Shown here: piece after piece, positions 44,981-58,000 of the stretch
Position numbering within the stretch: the first letter of the stretch is position 1
How the letters are laid out: each line of letters begins with the position of its first letter
NCBI RefSeq assembly: GCF_036321535.1
Contig: NC_087449.1
Location: 50,034,001 to 50,098,000, forward strand
Origin: Camelus dromedarius
Taxonomy: Eukaryota
Direction of reading: 5' to 3'
Length of the DNA: 64,000 bases
Position numbers and translations under genes: made by a program
Notes under the pieces: generated by a model
The model's database searches: none
Told to the model about the DNA's origin: nothing
The model's input: the letters and a program-made list of their open reading frames with translations, nothing else

Positions 44981-45554
44981 CTAGGTAAACATTGTACTGA
45001 CAGAATCTGCCTAATGCAACTATTTTGGAAGCTTGCAATCTTTTAGAAGGCTTGCAACTTCCCCCAGGACAAGTCTTGGCCAGTAAATCATTGTTGATTG
45101 TTAATTTTGGTTAATTTCAGCTCTTAGCTTAGTACATCTATCCATCCACCACTCCCCAGCCCAACATCAGGCAGCAGTGCAAAGTTCTTGAAGCAGCTTG
45201 GACATAGCTTGTGGGAGCCAGAGTGAGCAACAGTACTCTGTCCTCCAAATATCAAGATCTGTGCTCTGATCATTAGTTGCTGTACCTTCAGTGGAGGTAC
45301 AGACATGGAGGTGAGTAATCATTGTTGCAACTCTTACCATCATTGTTGCAAGCCCCTCCTGCTACAGATGAAATGACTTCCAAGGGACTTAAAGGACTAG
45401 TGCATTTGCCCCTTAATTCTTCTCTTTTTCCTTCTTTAAGAGCCATATATTTAAGGATGAGGACATTCAAAAGCAGTGCAAAATATGGAAATTTAGAAAG
45501 TCGTTGTACATACCCAGGGAAAGATGCAAGTTTAGACAAAGCTTGAAAAGACCT

Positions 45555-46810
45555 TAAGTTTACATCTCAGGCTGATCCCTGGCACAGAGACAGCCTACAA
45601 AAATCAATCAAACCAGCAAATGCTGCAGAAGTTAAGGAGAGGGGAGCAGTGCAGAATCTGATTTCTATAGTTACCATACTATAAGATCCAAATGGCTAGT
45701 TTTCAACAGCAATAAAAATCACAAAGCATACCAAGAAACAGTAAAGTATGGCCCATTCAAAGGAGAAAAATTAACAGAAGTTATTCTTGAGAAAGACCAG
45801 ATGGCAGGTTTACAAGACAAAGACTTTTAAACAACTGTCTTAGAGATAGGCAAATAACTAAAGGCAAATGTGGGGACTGTCAAGAAAACTGTGTGACAGA
45901 ATGGAAATATCAATAAAGAAGTAGAAAACATAAAAATAAATCAAAAAGAAATTCTGGAGCTGAAAAGTATAGTAACTGAAATGAAAATTTCACTGGAGGG
46001 ATTCCAAAGCAAATTTGAACAGGTGTAAGAAAGAATCAGTGAATATGAAGACAGGAAAATGGGAATTATCAAGTCTGAGGAACAGAAAGAAAAAGATTTT
46101 GAAAAAGTGAACAGAGCCTCAGGGATCTGTGAGGCACCATCAAATGAACCAGCATAACACTATGGGAGTATGATTGTAACTTTGGTTTGTAACTTTACTT
46201 TTTGTTTGTGCATAATTTAAGAAATTAATGCATTAAAATCATTAATTTATGTTTTTGGACACACAATATATAAAGATATAATTCTGTAACATTAGTAACT
46301 GAGAGGGAATGGGATAAAACTGTAAGGAGCAGAGTTTTTGTATGTTTTTGAAGTTAGCTGATATAAATTCAAATTAGAGTGTTATAAATTTAGGATGGTA
46401 ACTGTAGTCCCCATAGTAACCATAAAGAAAATTACTATAGAATATACACAAAAGGAAATGAGAAGAATTAAAATATTTTGCTACAAAAAAATCAATTATA
46501 CACAAAAGAAGACTGCAAAGCAGGAAATGAGGAACAATAAGGATAAGACATAAAGAATATAAATAGCAAGAATTAAGTTCCTTCTTATCAGTAATTACTT
46601 TAAATGTAAATACATTAAATTTTTCGTCAAAATATAGAGATTAATAGAATAGATTAAAATACGTGAGCCACTATATACTATCTACAGGAGACATCTCAGA
46701 TCCAAAGACGAAAATAGGTTGAAAGTGGAAGAATATATTCCAAGGAAATAGTAAACCAGAAAAGAGCATCACGGTTATACTAGTAGCAGACTTTAAGTCA
46801 AAACAGACTT
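45555..46810 (+). mobile_element. Old L1 (L1MB/L1M4-like): ORF1 5' half, internal deletion, inter-ORF region and start of ORF2
   Basis: gtatggcccattcaaaggag...gactttttaaacaactgtc...aaaaagaaattctggagctgaaaagta, then tatctacaggagacatctcagatccaaagac. Confidence 0.85.
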
Positions 46811-47889
46811 TAAATCAGGTTACATATCTCATTAGTGGGAGACCAGGTCTTCCTAGAGAGAATTTGTCCCAGCAGGCGTCCACCTGCTCAGAGATGCTGC
46901 TGAATTACAGGGAACTCCCTGCAAGGTGAACCTCACTCTTGCTCAGTCCAGGCAGAGAAACCAGTGTGCCTCAGGCCCTGGGCCAATCCTGCCCTGGACA
47001 AATGGAAAAGGGGGTCATTGCCTCCCTGACCCCTTCCACCCTCTCCTCTGAGTGGGCAGGCGCTGTTTCAGTCAATGACTCCAACTTGGGCTTGGCTGGA
47101 GACTCCTTTTTGAGGACCCTATGGCTCTTCACACCCCTAGCTGCAGAGCTGACCCCAACTTCTGCCATCCAGCCCTGCCTGCTCGCTTGTCTGTAAATGC
47201 ATACAAGTTAACGCAGAGAGTACAAGAGATGGTGAAGCTCTTCATGGTCATCTAGCCAAAACCCTGCGTTTTATAAGGAGGAGACTGAGGCCCAAGAGAG
47301 GAAGGGCGTTCTAAGGCAGGTAGAGTGATCCAGCTGGAAGGGCTACTGGATCCCAATCTCTCTCCCACTGCCCCACTGGCCTTGCTGACTACATGAGCCC
47401 TGAGCTGTCATCCTCCTGGCTCTTGGCTGGGACGATCAACCATCCTGAAGTCAATACTTACACACTGACAGCCCCTCCCTCTTGAACAATGTCACCCTTT
47501 GCAAGGTGTATCCACTCTCCTATATTAGCACAGAACAATAGAAAACCAGGCAGTGGTTAGGGCTTGTCCAGTATTAGCTGACGACCAGAGATCAGGACCA
47601 GCTCCCAAGTTCACTGTGTCTCAGGACAGAAACTTTCAAAGAGTTTATTACATTTTATCCTCCTTTGATCCCTGCGAGGCTGGCATTCCTGGGACTGTCG
47701 CCTAAGTTATAGGTGAGGAAATGAGACTGGAGGAGACCCAGGCCTCTGGGCTCCCTCACACAGTTGGTCAGTGGTGAAGAGGGGGTGGGCCAGGCTTCCT
47801 TGAGTCCAGTGTGGTGCCCTGTCACCCTGCACACTCCCACTCCTGAGAGATAGGAATGTCTCCCTGAGAACAATGGGGACTGGACCAAC

Positions 47890-48310
47890 AGGGGCGTACA
47901 CATCAGAGGTCACTCTTGTCACCCAACAAGGCCTGTGGCAGGGCCCGGTGAAGGCCCAGCAGTTCCAAGATGCCATTGGCCCAGCCTTCTCCTCTACCTT
48001 CCCCCCATGACCTTGGCCCTGAGGTCACAGTGTGGCTGCTCCAGTCGGACCTCGGGCCCCTTTCAGGCTGGGTAGCCAGTGGCCCACAGGAAGCCCATCA
48101 GTACCAGCCCTTCTGGGGGATTTCCCAGCATGCTCCACAGCAACCATTGCTCCCGTCTCATTGGTGGGAATGGTGTCATGTGACCACCTGCAGAGGGGCG
48201 AGAAACGTAGTGTTTTTAAGTAGGGGAAATTCTTGTTTCAGACAAATGGGTTGTATTAGTAGGAAAGAAGAGGAAGGTGACTATCAGTGGGCAGCCTGCA
48301 GTCTTCCCCA
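47890..48310 (-). mobile_element. MLT1I/J-like LTR
   Basis: tctcattggtgggaatggtgtcatgtgaccacctgcagagggg...gtattagtaggaaagaagagg. Confidence 0.65.
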
Positions 48311-48764
48311 ACGTTTACAGTATCATTTTCATATATTACCTGCTTGGATCCGCACAAGCACATTTGTTGTGATCAGGCAGTGAGAGGCTGAGCCACTTGC
48401 CGGAGACCCAACAGGATGGTTTGAGGAACCATGCTAGAATCCCCACTCCTTGTCCTGAAGCACCCACCCAACAGCTCCCCAGATCTGCACTCCTGCCCAC
48501 ACCCGTCCACCCCATTTGCTCTCTCCTCTCTCTCTGTCTAGTCTTCTGCCTCTCCAGCTCCCCAGACCAGCCCAGGTCACTGCATTCCTGCAGCCTAGAG
48601 GTGAGAGCACAGTGGTTGTGACTTACGTTTCTGATACATAGTGTTTTCAGGCTGATCTACTTTAAGCAAGTCTGCTATGAAAGTCCAAACTCAAATCAAC
48701 CCCCTAGTGTTACACTCCCTCTCTCATATCCTGCTGGTGGGATGTTCACTGGGGTAACCTTGGC

Positions 48765-49160
48765 AGAGGACAGTTGAGCAGTGGTCTATCAAAATTCAAA
48801 ATGCACATAACCCTTTGTCTCGGCAATTTAACTTCTAGGAGTCAATCATTATGAAATAGTCAAGTGTGTGTATTTATGTATGCAAATATGTCCACATTAT
48901 TTGTAAAAACATAATAGCAAAAATTTGAGATAATCTAATGTTCATTAATACATAAATGAAAGCATCTTTCTACTACTGAATATTAAGCAACCATTAAAAA
49001 ATGAGTGTGGTCCCTATGCACTAGCTCAGGAGGCTATCCATCATGTATTTTTGAATAAAAAACACTTTGATGAAAAATATGAACACTTCGCTGCTACTTT
49101 GCATAAAAATTGTATGTGCACAAGTAAATATCTTGAAGGATGAACATTTGTTCTGGAAGA
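48765..49160 (+). mobile_element. L1ME-type 3' UTR fragment
   Basis: tatcaaaattcaaaatgcacataaccctttg...cttctagga...aagcaaccattaaaaaatgag. Confidence 0.75.
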
Positions 49161-49224
49161 CCGTGTGGAATCCTTTATGGATCTGAGACCTTCTGACAAC
49201 ATGAAGTACCTAAGGTCATTGACC

Positions 49225-50535
49225 ACAGGATTACTTTCTCTCTCACCTGCTCAGGGACATCGCCCAGCATCCCTTTCCTCTCTCATGAATGTTATTTCTC
49301 CATGGGATCATTCCCATCAATGTACAACACTGCAATATTTTTCCAATTTCAAAACAACATTAAAAACAAAACTAACCTTTTTCTGCTACCATTGCTTCCT
49401 TTTATAGTAAAATGTCTCAAGAATCATCATACTTGTTATTTCCAATGTCTCTTCTCCTGTTTTCTTTTCTCTCTGCTCAATCCGGATGTCACTCCCTGAC
49501 ACTCCAGCACACCTGTCTTGTCAAGGTTACCAATGATTTCAGTATTGGGTTAACGGTCAACTTCCAATGACACTTTACCTATGGGCATTACCATAGTTGC
49601 TCACTTCTCTCTGAAATCCTCTCCTGGTTTTCTTCCTACCTTTGTGGCTGCTCCTCTTCAGTCTCCTTTGGCTCTTCAACCCATAAACTTTGTATTGTCC
49701 CTGAGCTTTGTTCCTCATTCTCTTTTCCTTGTCCTCTCTCACTCCCTTGGGAACCTCCCTAGACTCACCTCACCTTTACATGCAGTTCATATGCTGATGG
49801 CTCCTAAGTTTACTCTCAACCAGATCTCTCCCTGTACTCCAGACTTGTACATCCACCATGATTCGGCAGCTCCACCTGGGTTACCAACAATCATCTGAAA
49901 ATTCACATGTCCCAAACTGAAATCCCAGTCTCACATCCCCTCACTTTCCAACCTGCTACTCTCAGAGTCTCCCTCATTTCAGTTAAGGCAGCTCCATCCT
50001 CCCAGTTTTCAGGCCAGAAACCTGGAGTCACACTGGACCCCTCTCATTCTCTCAAACCCCATGTCACATCCATCAGCAAACCAGCTGGCTCTCTTTCAGA
50101 GCATTTCTGGAACTCAACCACTTTTCATCATCTCCACAGCTACCTCCTTGTCACCCTCTCCATCCCAGTCACTGTCCACATTCTCCTGGATTGTTACAGC
50201 CGCCTCCTAACCCCACTCCCTGTTTCTTTCCTTTTCCTCTAAGAGTCTATTCCTTGCAGAGCAGTGGAGTGATCTTTTTATATTTGTCAGATAATGTCTC
50301 TCTTCTGCTCAGAAACTTCCAATGCTCTCATTGGCCAGAGAAAAATCCAGAGCCCTTATGATAAACCACTGACCCTACATTTACTGAGCACCCCCATCCC
50401 AACTACCTCACTGACCTCACTCCCACCACTCTCCCCTTGGTCCCTCCACTTCCTGCTTGTCCTTGAACGTTCCAGGTCTGCTTGTGCTCAGGGGCTTGTA
50501 CTTGCTGCTCCTCTGCCCGGGGTCTTCTTCCCAAC
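49225..50535 (+). mobile_element. L2 (L2a-like), about 1.3 kb including decayed RT-region sequence
   Basis: cttgtcaaggttaccaatgatt...catgtcccaaactgaa...gccagaaacctggagtcac...gcttgtccttgaac...cttgctgctcctctgccc. Confidence 0.9.
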
Positions 50536-51332
50536 ATTCTCAGGGCTCAGTCCTCAGTCTAGAATGACCAAACCATGGACCATGGGTATGGCTCTTGTAC
50601 AAAGTTCTGTAGCTCCTGAGAGTCTGCCCCAGAGGAAAGTCTATGTACCTACTTAGAGTAAAGAGAAGATGGATGGTAGCCAGATCCTTTCTAGAAGTTA
50701 CTCTTTCTAGAAATCGTGTTTTCCCCCTTTTAATGTTTTAATTAAGAAATGAAAAGTTTTTAATGGTGTCTTGAATGTGGTAAGAGAGTTGTGACTGGAT
50801 ATCACCAATGTCAAGAGAAGGATTAGAATCCAGCCCTCCCAGAAGGGTCTTCATCTAGCAGACAGAGCCTCCACTGAAGGGGAGATTAGCCTCCCCACAG
50901 GTAACCACAAGATACAGTGCCCTGCATCAGCGTGGGGTCCCAGACCACTCATAAAAGTGACAGCCCCTGCCTTTATGGATGAGGACAGCAGAAATGGGGC
51001 CCTGCATTGCCCACAGAACAGGGGGGCAGAGAAACCCTCTGGGCAGACCCTGTGTGTCCTGAAATTTCCTACTTGTAGTGATTAAAAAAATTGATCAAAG
51101 TCATATCTGAGGCTGAGCAGGGAGCCATCCCTCATCTAAGCAATTCCTAAGATACCTCCACATTTTAATAGTGAGTGTCTTAGATGAAAGGAAGTAGAGA
51201 GAGAATCAGGGAAAGCTTAACATTTTACATTTTTCTTCTTTGCTGTTGAGTTTTTTTTCCCAGCAAATATATATTGCCTTAATAATGTGTGTGTGATTTA
51301 TATACATGTGTGTGTACTAACGTGTGCTTGTC

Positions 51333-51337
<5 letters not shown>

Positions 51338-51367
<30 letters not shown>
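51338..51367. repeat. (GT)15 microsatellite
   Basis: Directly visible. Confidence 0.98.
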
Positions 51368-51370
<3 letters not shown>

Positions 51371-52274
51371 AGCCTCAGGAGTGAAGGCTATTTACAAGAG
51401 AAAGGGATTCTGAGCTTTACAAAAGGATTTGCTGAAGGCATCTTTGAAGTGCTCTGCTCTCCAGGGACCTACAGAGAAGAATTTTGATTTATAAACATTT
51501 TCTTTTCATGCTCTGATGCAACCCTTAAATGTGTGTCCAATTTCTGTTTCAAGTTCCATCCAATTTAACCAGCAATTCTCCAAGTTATAGCTATGTGACA
51601 GGCACAGTGCTTGGCACAGTGGTGGAAGAAAGATGAAGAGGACCCATGTTCAAAGGAAACTGACACTATCAACTCTCATGGAAGAGACTGAAAGAACTTC
51701 TCAGAAGCTGTTGGTATGGGTGATTTAGCAAGACACGCTGCACTGTCCATATATCCAGCCAGGAGCTCAGAGATGGAGAGGCATTTCAGGTCTCCCAGGG
51801 TGACGGAGCATCCTAAGGCTCTAATGCAGTCAGAGAGGGTGGAGATTACGGTGATGGGGGAACAGCCAATCAGCTTCCCCATTACCACCTTCACTGTGCA
51901 GAACCCATAAATGGAGCCCTGCAATATGATGAGTGACAGTTTCTGAAACTCTGATAAAAAGAAGTTAGAGGCAACTTGTGACAACACATCCCAGTTAGAC
52001 TAAGAGTAGGCAGGGAAGGAGCAACTATGCCTTTTTGAATGCTCCATCCCCCTAGCCAGCCCTGTGGTTGACCTCACTCATAGGTCCCCTTCACACCGTC
52101 GATACATAACTGCCTGTGCCCCTGATCCTGAGCAAGGGGGCAATCTGAAACCCTCAGACAGGAATGCAGTTATATTGAATTTTTATTTTATTGTTCCTAC
52201 TTGAGATGAGGCTCCCTACTGATAAAATCTTTTTAAACAAGGATATATTTCTTTTGAAACCAGAAACCAAACCA

Positions 52275-52390
52275 TGACAAACACAGAAGAAAAATGAAGA
52301 TAATAGCACCCACCTCGTTGGGTTGTTGTGAGGATTAAATGAGACCATGCGATGCTCTTGGCACAGTGCCTGGCACATGAGGAGTGGTCA
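52275..52390 (+). mobile_element. MIR 3' half, close to consensus
   Basis: ggttgttgtgaggattaaatgaga...gcacagtgcctggcacat. Confidence 0.88.
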
Positions 52391-53819
52391 GACAGTGGAG
52401 ATGCTGTGACCTCATTACTTTTGTGGCTGTGTGGTTGTGGATGTTGCTGTTGGACATCAAGGATTTTTGTAGTATGACATCCGTACCTTGGCTGAGTCAT
52501 CAGTAAAGTCAGAACAACAAGCTCTTCCCAGCCTGAAAGCAGGATGACCTCTTAATGCCATTCCCACTTTCTGTAATCTCTGTTGTTACGGCTCTGCTGG
52601 GCTGGCAGCCTTCGATGTTGATGGTACAGGAGGACAGGAGGATGAGCTGGAGTGCCCCATCCCTTTCTCTGTGATTCAGTACCTTCATTTGTTCATGCAT
52701 TCAGGAAACACTTATTAGCCTTCTCCTTATTCCCATTCAACTGATGAGGAAACTGAGGCTTGCAACCCATATCATACCTGAAGCCTTAATCCCTCTCTGT
52801 TCAGGCAGTGGGCTCTCTGTTTGCCTTGACTGTGGTATCAGGAGCTCCCAGATTTATGTGGGAAACCAGGATTCCTTGGTCTTGGACGTTTAGAAACAAC
52901 TGGCTCACTTGAATGGCTCAATTTTGTTTCTGGATCATTGCCAGAAAATCTATATGTGATTGTGCCACCCAGTGGGGTGCTTACCTTGCCTCTCAAGAAG
53001 TGGAAGAGAAGATCAATAATCTTGACAAAATCTAAATAAAAGTGTCTCAAATAAACTGGAAGGGAAGGGATGTGTAAGTGGCTCTAGAGGAGGTCATAAA
53101 TCTGAGGCTGATGAATTACCTGGGCAGGTGCCTCTGCCACTGGCTTCCCGGCTCAGGACAGGAGTGGTGTAATTACATCTCTGGTGGTGGTTAACTAAAG
53201 TGAGCTAGTCCATTTATTTCATGTATTACTACTGAATTTCAGGACAGAGTTTGCTAAATCCTCCCTCCACTTCCTTACCTAAATATTAGATTTATTTGGT
53301 GAGGGCCAGAGTGTGCCCTGCAGTAAGAAGGACTCAGTCTCTGAGTCTGCCTTCCCAGAGGATTCTCTTGTGGGTGTGATGGGTGGTGGCAGACAGCCAG
53401 CTCTTCATCACGATCATCCCCATTAGTGGTACCGTAAGTTTCCCTTCTTTCTCCTTCCCCTGCCCTGGATGGATGTGCCCCACTCAAGGCAGCGGGAATA
53501 AGCTGAGGCTTGATATGATTGAGGACTTTGGGAAGGATTATCTTGCACTAGACAGGGGATGGGAAGGGAAAAGGGCAGCTGGCCAGCAAGGCCATTTTCT
53601 TATGTCCAGCTTTAACCTCCTCTTCCCTGCATGTCCTATTGCAGTCTGGTTCCCAACAGGAACTGGCTGCAATCAACAAAGCCACAGATCCCAGGGTGTC
53701 CACAGATCCCCTGGCACTGCAGGGTCCAAGTTGCATATAAACATTAAATGACTTTTCTTCCAGGCATAGACTTCCCTGAGCCATTTCAGCATCCCTGAAA
53801 AACAGACAGGTGCCTGGTT

Positions 53820-54650
53820 CTGGGTACTACTGAAAATCACATACTAAGACCCAACATAATGGTGGCTTATGCAAGGCAGAATTCTATTACTCCTGAACAT
53901 AACAGCTCTAGCATTGGCTATTGAGGACTCTCGAGGTGTCTTCACAGTCTTGGGGACCCAGACTGCTTCCATTTTTTTGCTTGTCACTCCTAAGTTGTTG
54001 GCTCTATCAATTTTGTAAAATATTGCACAATTCCATGTGCACATTCCCTCTAGTAGGAAGGGAGAGCAAGAGGACATGGAAAGTACAGCCTCTCCCTTTA
54101 AGGAGGTGACCTGGAGGAAAAGAAATGTCGCATTCAGGACGAAGCTGCTCCATGTCAGAGATGCTAGGAGGAAACAAATATGCTGAGCTCTTTATCTGTA
54201 ATAAGTTTTGATATAAAAATAGCATGATTCATGAGAGAATATTTACTTCTGCGTAAATATCCCACGAGGTCATCGTGCACATAAGTTCCCAAATATCAGT
54301 GTTAGTTAGTAAGGTTAATAATCTTGAATTTAGGTTATAATCTACTTTTTTTTTTCTGAAAAACAAAAGCAAATTCTGAGGGAATTCTCAATAATATTCT
54401 GTGGATGGAAACAATGTGTAAATTTTTAAAATCAAAATATCTTTTTAAAAAAGGATGCAACCTGGGAATTGCACGTGAATATTCACATGCTATTGGTAGA
54501 AATTAGTCACATGGCTGCACCTTGTTGCAGGGGAGGCTGAGAAATGTATTTTTTAAAAATTTTTGCAGCTGAAACTTGAGGTTCTATAACTAAAGAAGAA
54601 ATAGAGAATATATGGGGGTGGGGTGAGTGGGGAAGGCTGGCTGGCCATAT
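53820..54650 (-). mobile_element. MLT1J-like LTR interrupted by a 336-bp foreign insert (54115-54450)
   Basis: cccaacataatggtggcttatgcaagg...gggacccagactgcttcc before the insert and cctgggaattgcac...attggtagaaattagtcacatggctgcacc...gggaggctgagaaatgta after it. Confidence 0.75.
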
Positions 54651-54914
54651 CAGGGATATGTGTAAGAGGAATGTTTTTGGAAACTGGGGTAGAGCTAGAG
54701 TAGGGAGGGGAAAGGGATGGGCTCATTCTGTCTTTTCTAACTTTCCTGCCTTCCTGGAGTCTTGTTTATCCTCCTTTGATCTTTCTCAACCTTAACTCTG
54801 GTATGTGACTCTTTTCTTATCCTAATTTGGATCTTCTAAACTATCTCCTAGGTCAACTAATAGCTCTATGATTCACTAAACTAAGTGAAAGCACATAAAA
54901 ATGTAGAAAATTTA

Positions 54915-55055
54915 GTTACTGAAACCTACTCTGTGCCAGACATGATTCCAGGTGTTGAGGATACAGCAGAGAGTGAAAACAGATGGGATTCCTTCCCTCT
55001 TGGAATGCAGATTACAGCAGGAGAAAACCAAGCAAATATAAATCAAATTGCAGCT
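54915..55055 (-). mobile_element. L2 3' end
   Basis: gaaacctactctgtgccagacatgattccaggtgttgaggatacagca. Confidence 0.75.
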
Positions 55056-55059
55056 ATGA

Positions 55060-58000
55060 TTTCTACTTATGGCCAAGATGGAATAATAGGAGCTGGATTT
55101 ATCCTTCTACCCCAAACAATTTAAAAATTGGATAGAATATATAAAATAACAATTTTTCAGTCATTAGGCATTAAGCAAAGAAGACATAGTTATCTCTGAA
55201 AGATGGGAAATAAAAACGCTAGCCCCATAAATATTTCAGGGTAAAAATTTTTTTATTTCTTGTTTGCTTTTGAAATATAGTCTTGAGGGTTTAGAATTTT
55301 AAGCTAAGAGGGCTTTTTCCCCCTTAACATTTTAAGATGTTTCTCCACTGTTTTCTCACTTGAATTGTTTCCGAGGAGAAACCTGCTGTCATCCTTATTT
55401 TTATTTCTCTGTACATAATCTGTCTTTATTTTTCATCTGGCTACTTTTAAGGATTTCTCTCTTTTTTTTCTTTCTCTCTCTCTTTTTAAAAATTACTTGT
55501 CTTTATGAAGTATAGTCAGCTAAAATGTGTCAATTTCTGGTGTACATAAGACTTTCTCTTTATCATTAGCTTTGAGCACTTTGATTACGATGTGACTTGG
55601 TGTAGGTATTTTTAATTTTTTATTTTTTTGGTACGTATGTGCATGTTTCTGGGATTTGTAGAGCTTCTTAGACTTGTGAGTTTATACTTTTCATCAACTT
55701 TGGAAAATTTTGCCCATTGTTTTTTTCAATTTTTTTCCCTGTCCTGAAAGAATTAATCACCAGGAGATTCACACCACAAGAAATGTTAAACAAAGCCTTT
55801 AAGTCAGAAAAGAAATATTACTGGAGGGAAATATGAATCTCACAAAGGAAAGAAGCACACTGGAAGTAGTGGTTATACAGGGTAATATAAAATAGTTTCT
55901 GTTGTTATTTAAATCTCTCAAAAAATCATTTACCATTTGAAGACTGATAACAACAATGTAGAGTTATGTTTATAACATACATAAAAGTAAAATGTATGAC
56001 CACAATAGCAAAAAGGCCAAGAGGAGAGACAAGGAAGCATGCAATTACAGAGTTTTTATATTATATGTGAAGTGTTATAAACTATCACTTGAAAGTACAT
56101 GGTGATAAGTTAAGTATATATAGTATAAATCCCAAAGCATTCACTAAAACATGTTATACGTAATAAACCAACAAAAATACATAATGAATTAAAAATACTC
56201 AATTATTCAAAAAGAAAGGAGAAAAAAGTGAACAAAGAACAGATGTGACAAATAGAAAACAAAGAGCAAGGTCATGTATAAAAATTAACTGTATTAACAA
56301 TCATGTTAAATGTAAATGGTTTAAACACCCACATTAAATGTGGAGATTGTCAGATTAGATAAAAAAACCAAGACTGAACTACATGCTACTCACAGGAGAA
56401 TATTCCACTTTATTAAGACACAAATAAATTAAAAGTAAAAGAATGTCAAGTTAAGAATAATCAATAAAAAGCTGGAGTGACTCTATATTAGTGTCAAAGT
56501 AAATGTCAGAGCAAAGAATACTACCAAGGATAAAAAGAGTCATTTCATAGTGGTAAAGGGGTCAGTTCATCAAGAGAAAATAAGAGTTCTAAACACTTAT
56601 GCACCTGAAAGCAGAGTTTCAAAATAATGAAGCAAAAATAAATAGAACTGCAAAGAGAAATAAGCAAATACATAATTACAGAGGCAGATTTCAATATCGC
56701 TCTCAGAGTAATTGATAGAATAAGTAGACAGAATGTAAATAAGAATATAGAAGTTTTTACAACACTATCAAACAATGTGGTCTCATTGACATTTATAAAA
56801 CTCTCTACTCAATAATGACAGGATACATATTATTTTCCACTACACATGGAACATTTACTAAGATAGTTTACATAATCCAAGTCTCAATAATTTAAAAGAA
56901 TCCTAATTGTACAAAGTATATTGTCTGTTCATAATTTAAAAAAATAGAACTCAGTAGCAGAAAGACACTTGGAAAATCTCCCCAATATTTGGAAACTAAG
57001 TAATACACCTCCGAACCACTCATGTTTAAAGGCTGAATCAAAGGAGAAATAAAAAATATTTTGAATTGAATGAAAATGAAAACATATATCAAAATTTATG
57101 ACATGCCACTAAAGCAGTACTTAGGGAGGAATTCATAGCACTAAACACCTATATTATAAACTGAGAAAGATCCAAAATCAATGACAGCAACTTTCACCTC
57201 AAGAAGTTGGAAGAACAAATTAAGCCCAAAATACACAGAAGAAAGGAGATGATAAAAAAAAATCAGATCAGAAATTAACAAAATAGAAAACATAAAAACA
57301 ATAGAGAAATGAAAATAAAATCTGATTATTTGAGAAGATCAATAAGATAATAAATATGTATTTGGAGCGATTCAAAAAAAAGAGGGAAGATATAAATCAC
57401 CAGTATCATGAATGAGAGAAGGGACATCACCACCAATTCTACAGACATTTGAAGAATAATATATAAGGAAATAATATGAACAACTTTATGTAAATGAACT
57501 TGAAAACTTAAAAAGATAAATTCATTTAAAGAAACAAATTACCAAAGATAACACAAGAGGAAATTGATGGCCAACATAGTTCTATGTCCATTAAAGAAAC
57601 CGAATGATTGAACTTGCAGTTATAAACCTCCCACTAAGAAATGTCAAGACCTGGGTGGCTTATCTGTAGAATTCCACCAAATATTTAAGGATGAAATAAT
57701 ACCAGCTCTACACAAAATCTTCCATACAACTGAAGAGAAGGGACTACTTTCTAACTCATTCTATGAGCCTAGCATTACCCTGATATTAAAACTATGCAAA
57801 GACATTATGAGAAAAGAAAAAACTACAGACCAGTACTCCTCATGAACATAGGTGTAAGGCTTTTAAACAAAATTTTAGTAAATAGAATCCAAATATATAA
57901 GACAAAAAGTATGTTATGGTCAAGTGTGGGTTTCTTTTTTCTCCTTTTTAGAATGCAAGGCTTCACATTAAAAAAATCAATCAGTGTTGTTCATGATATT

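Noticed and set aside
50687-50712. Two ctttctagaa copies as a heat-shock element
   Set aside because: The spacing breaks the alternating nGAAn register and the middle unit is imperfect; compatible with chance or a small duplication.
51676-51987. 103-aa minus-strand ORF in apparently unique sequence
   Set aside because: It looks superficially protein-like, but I recognise no family or flanking splice signals. A tBLASTn/Dfam search would be needed; it may be an ancient repeat.
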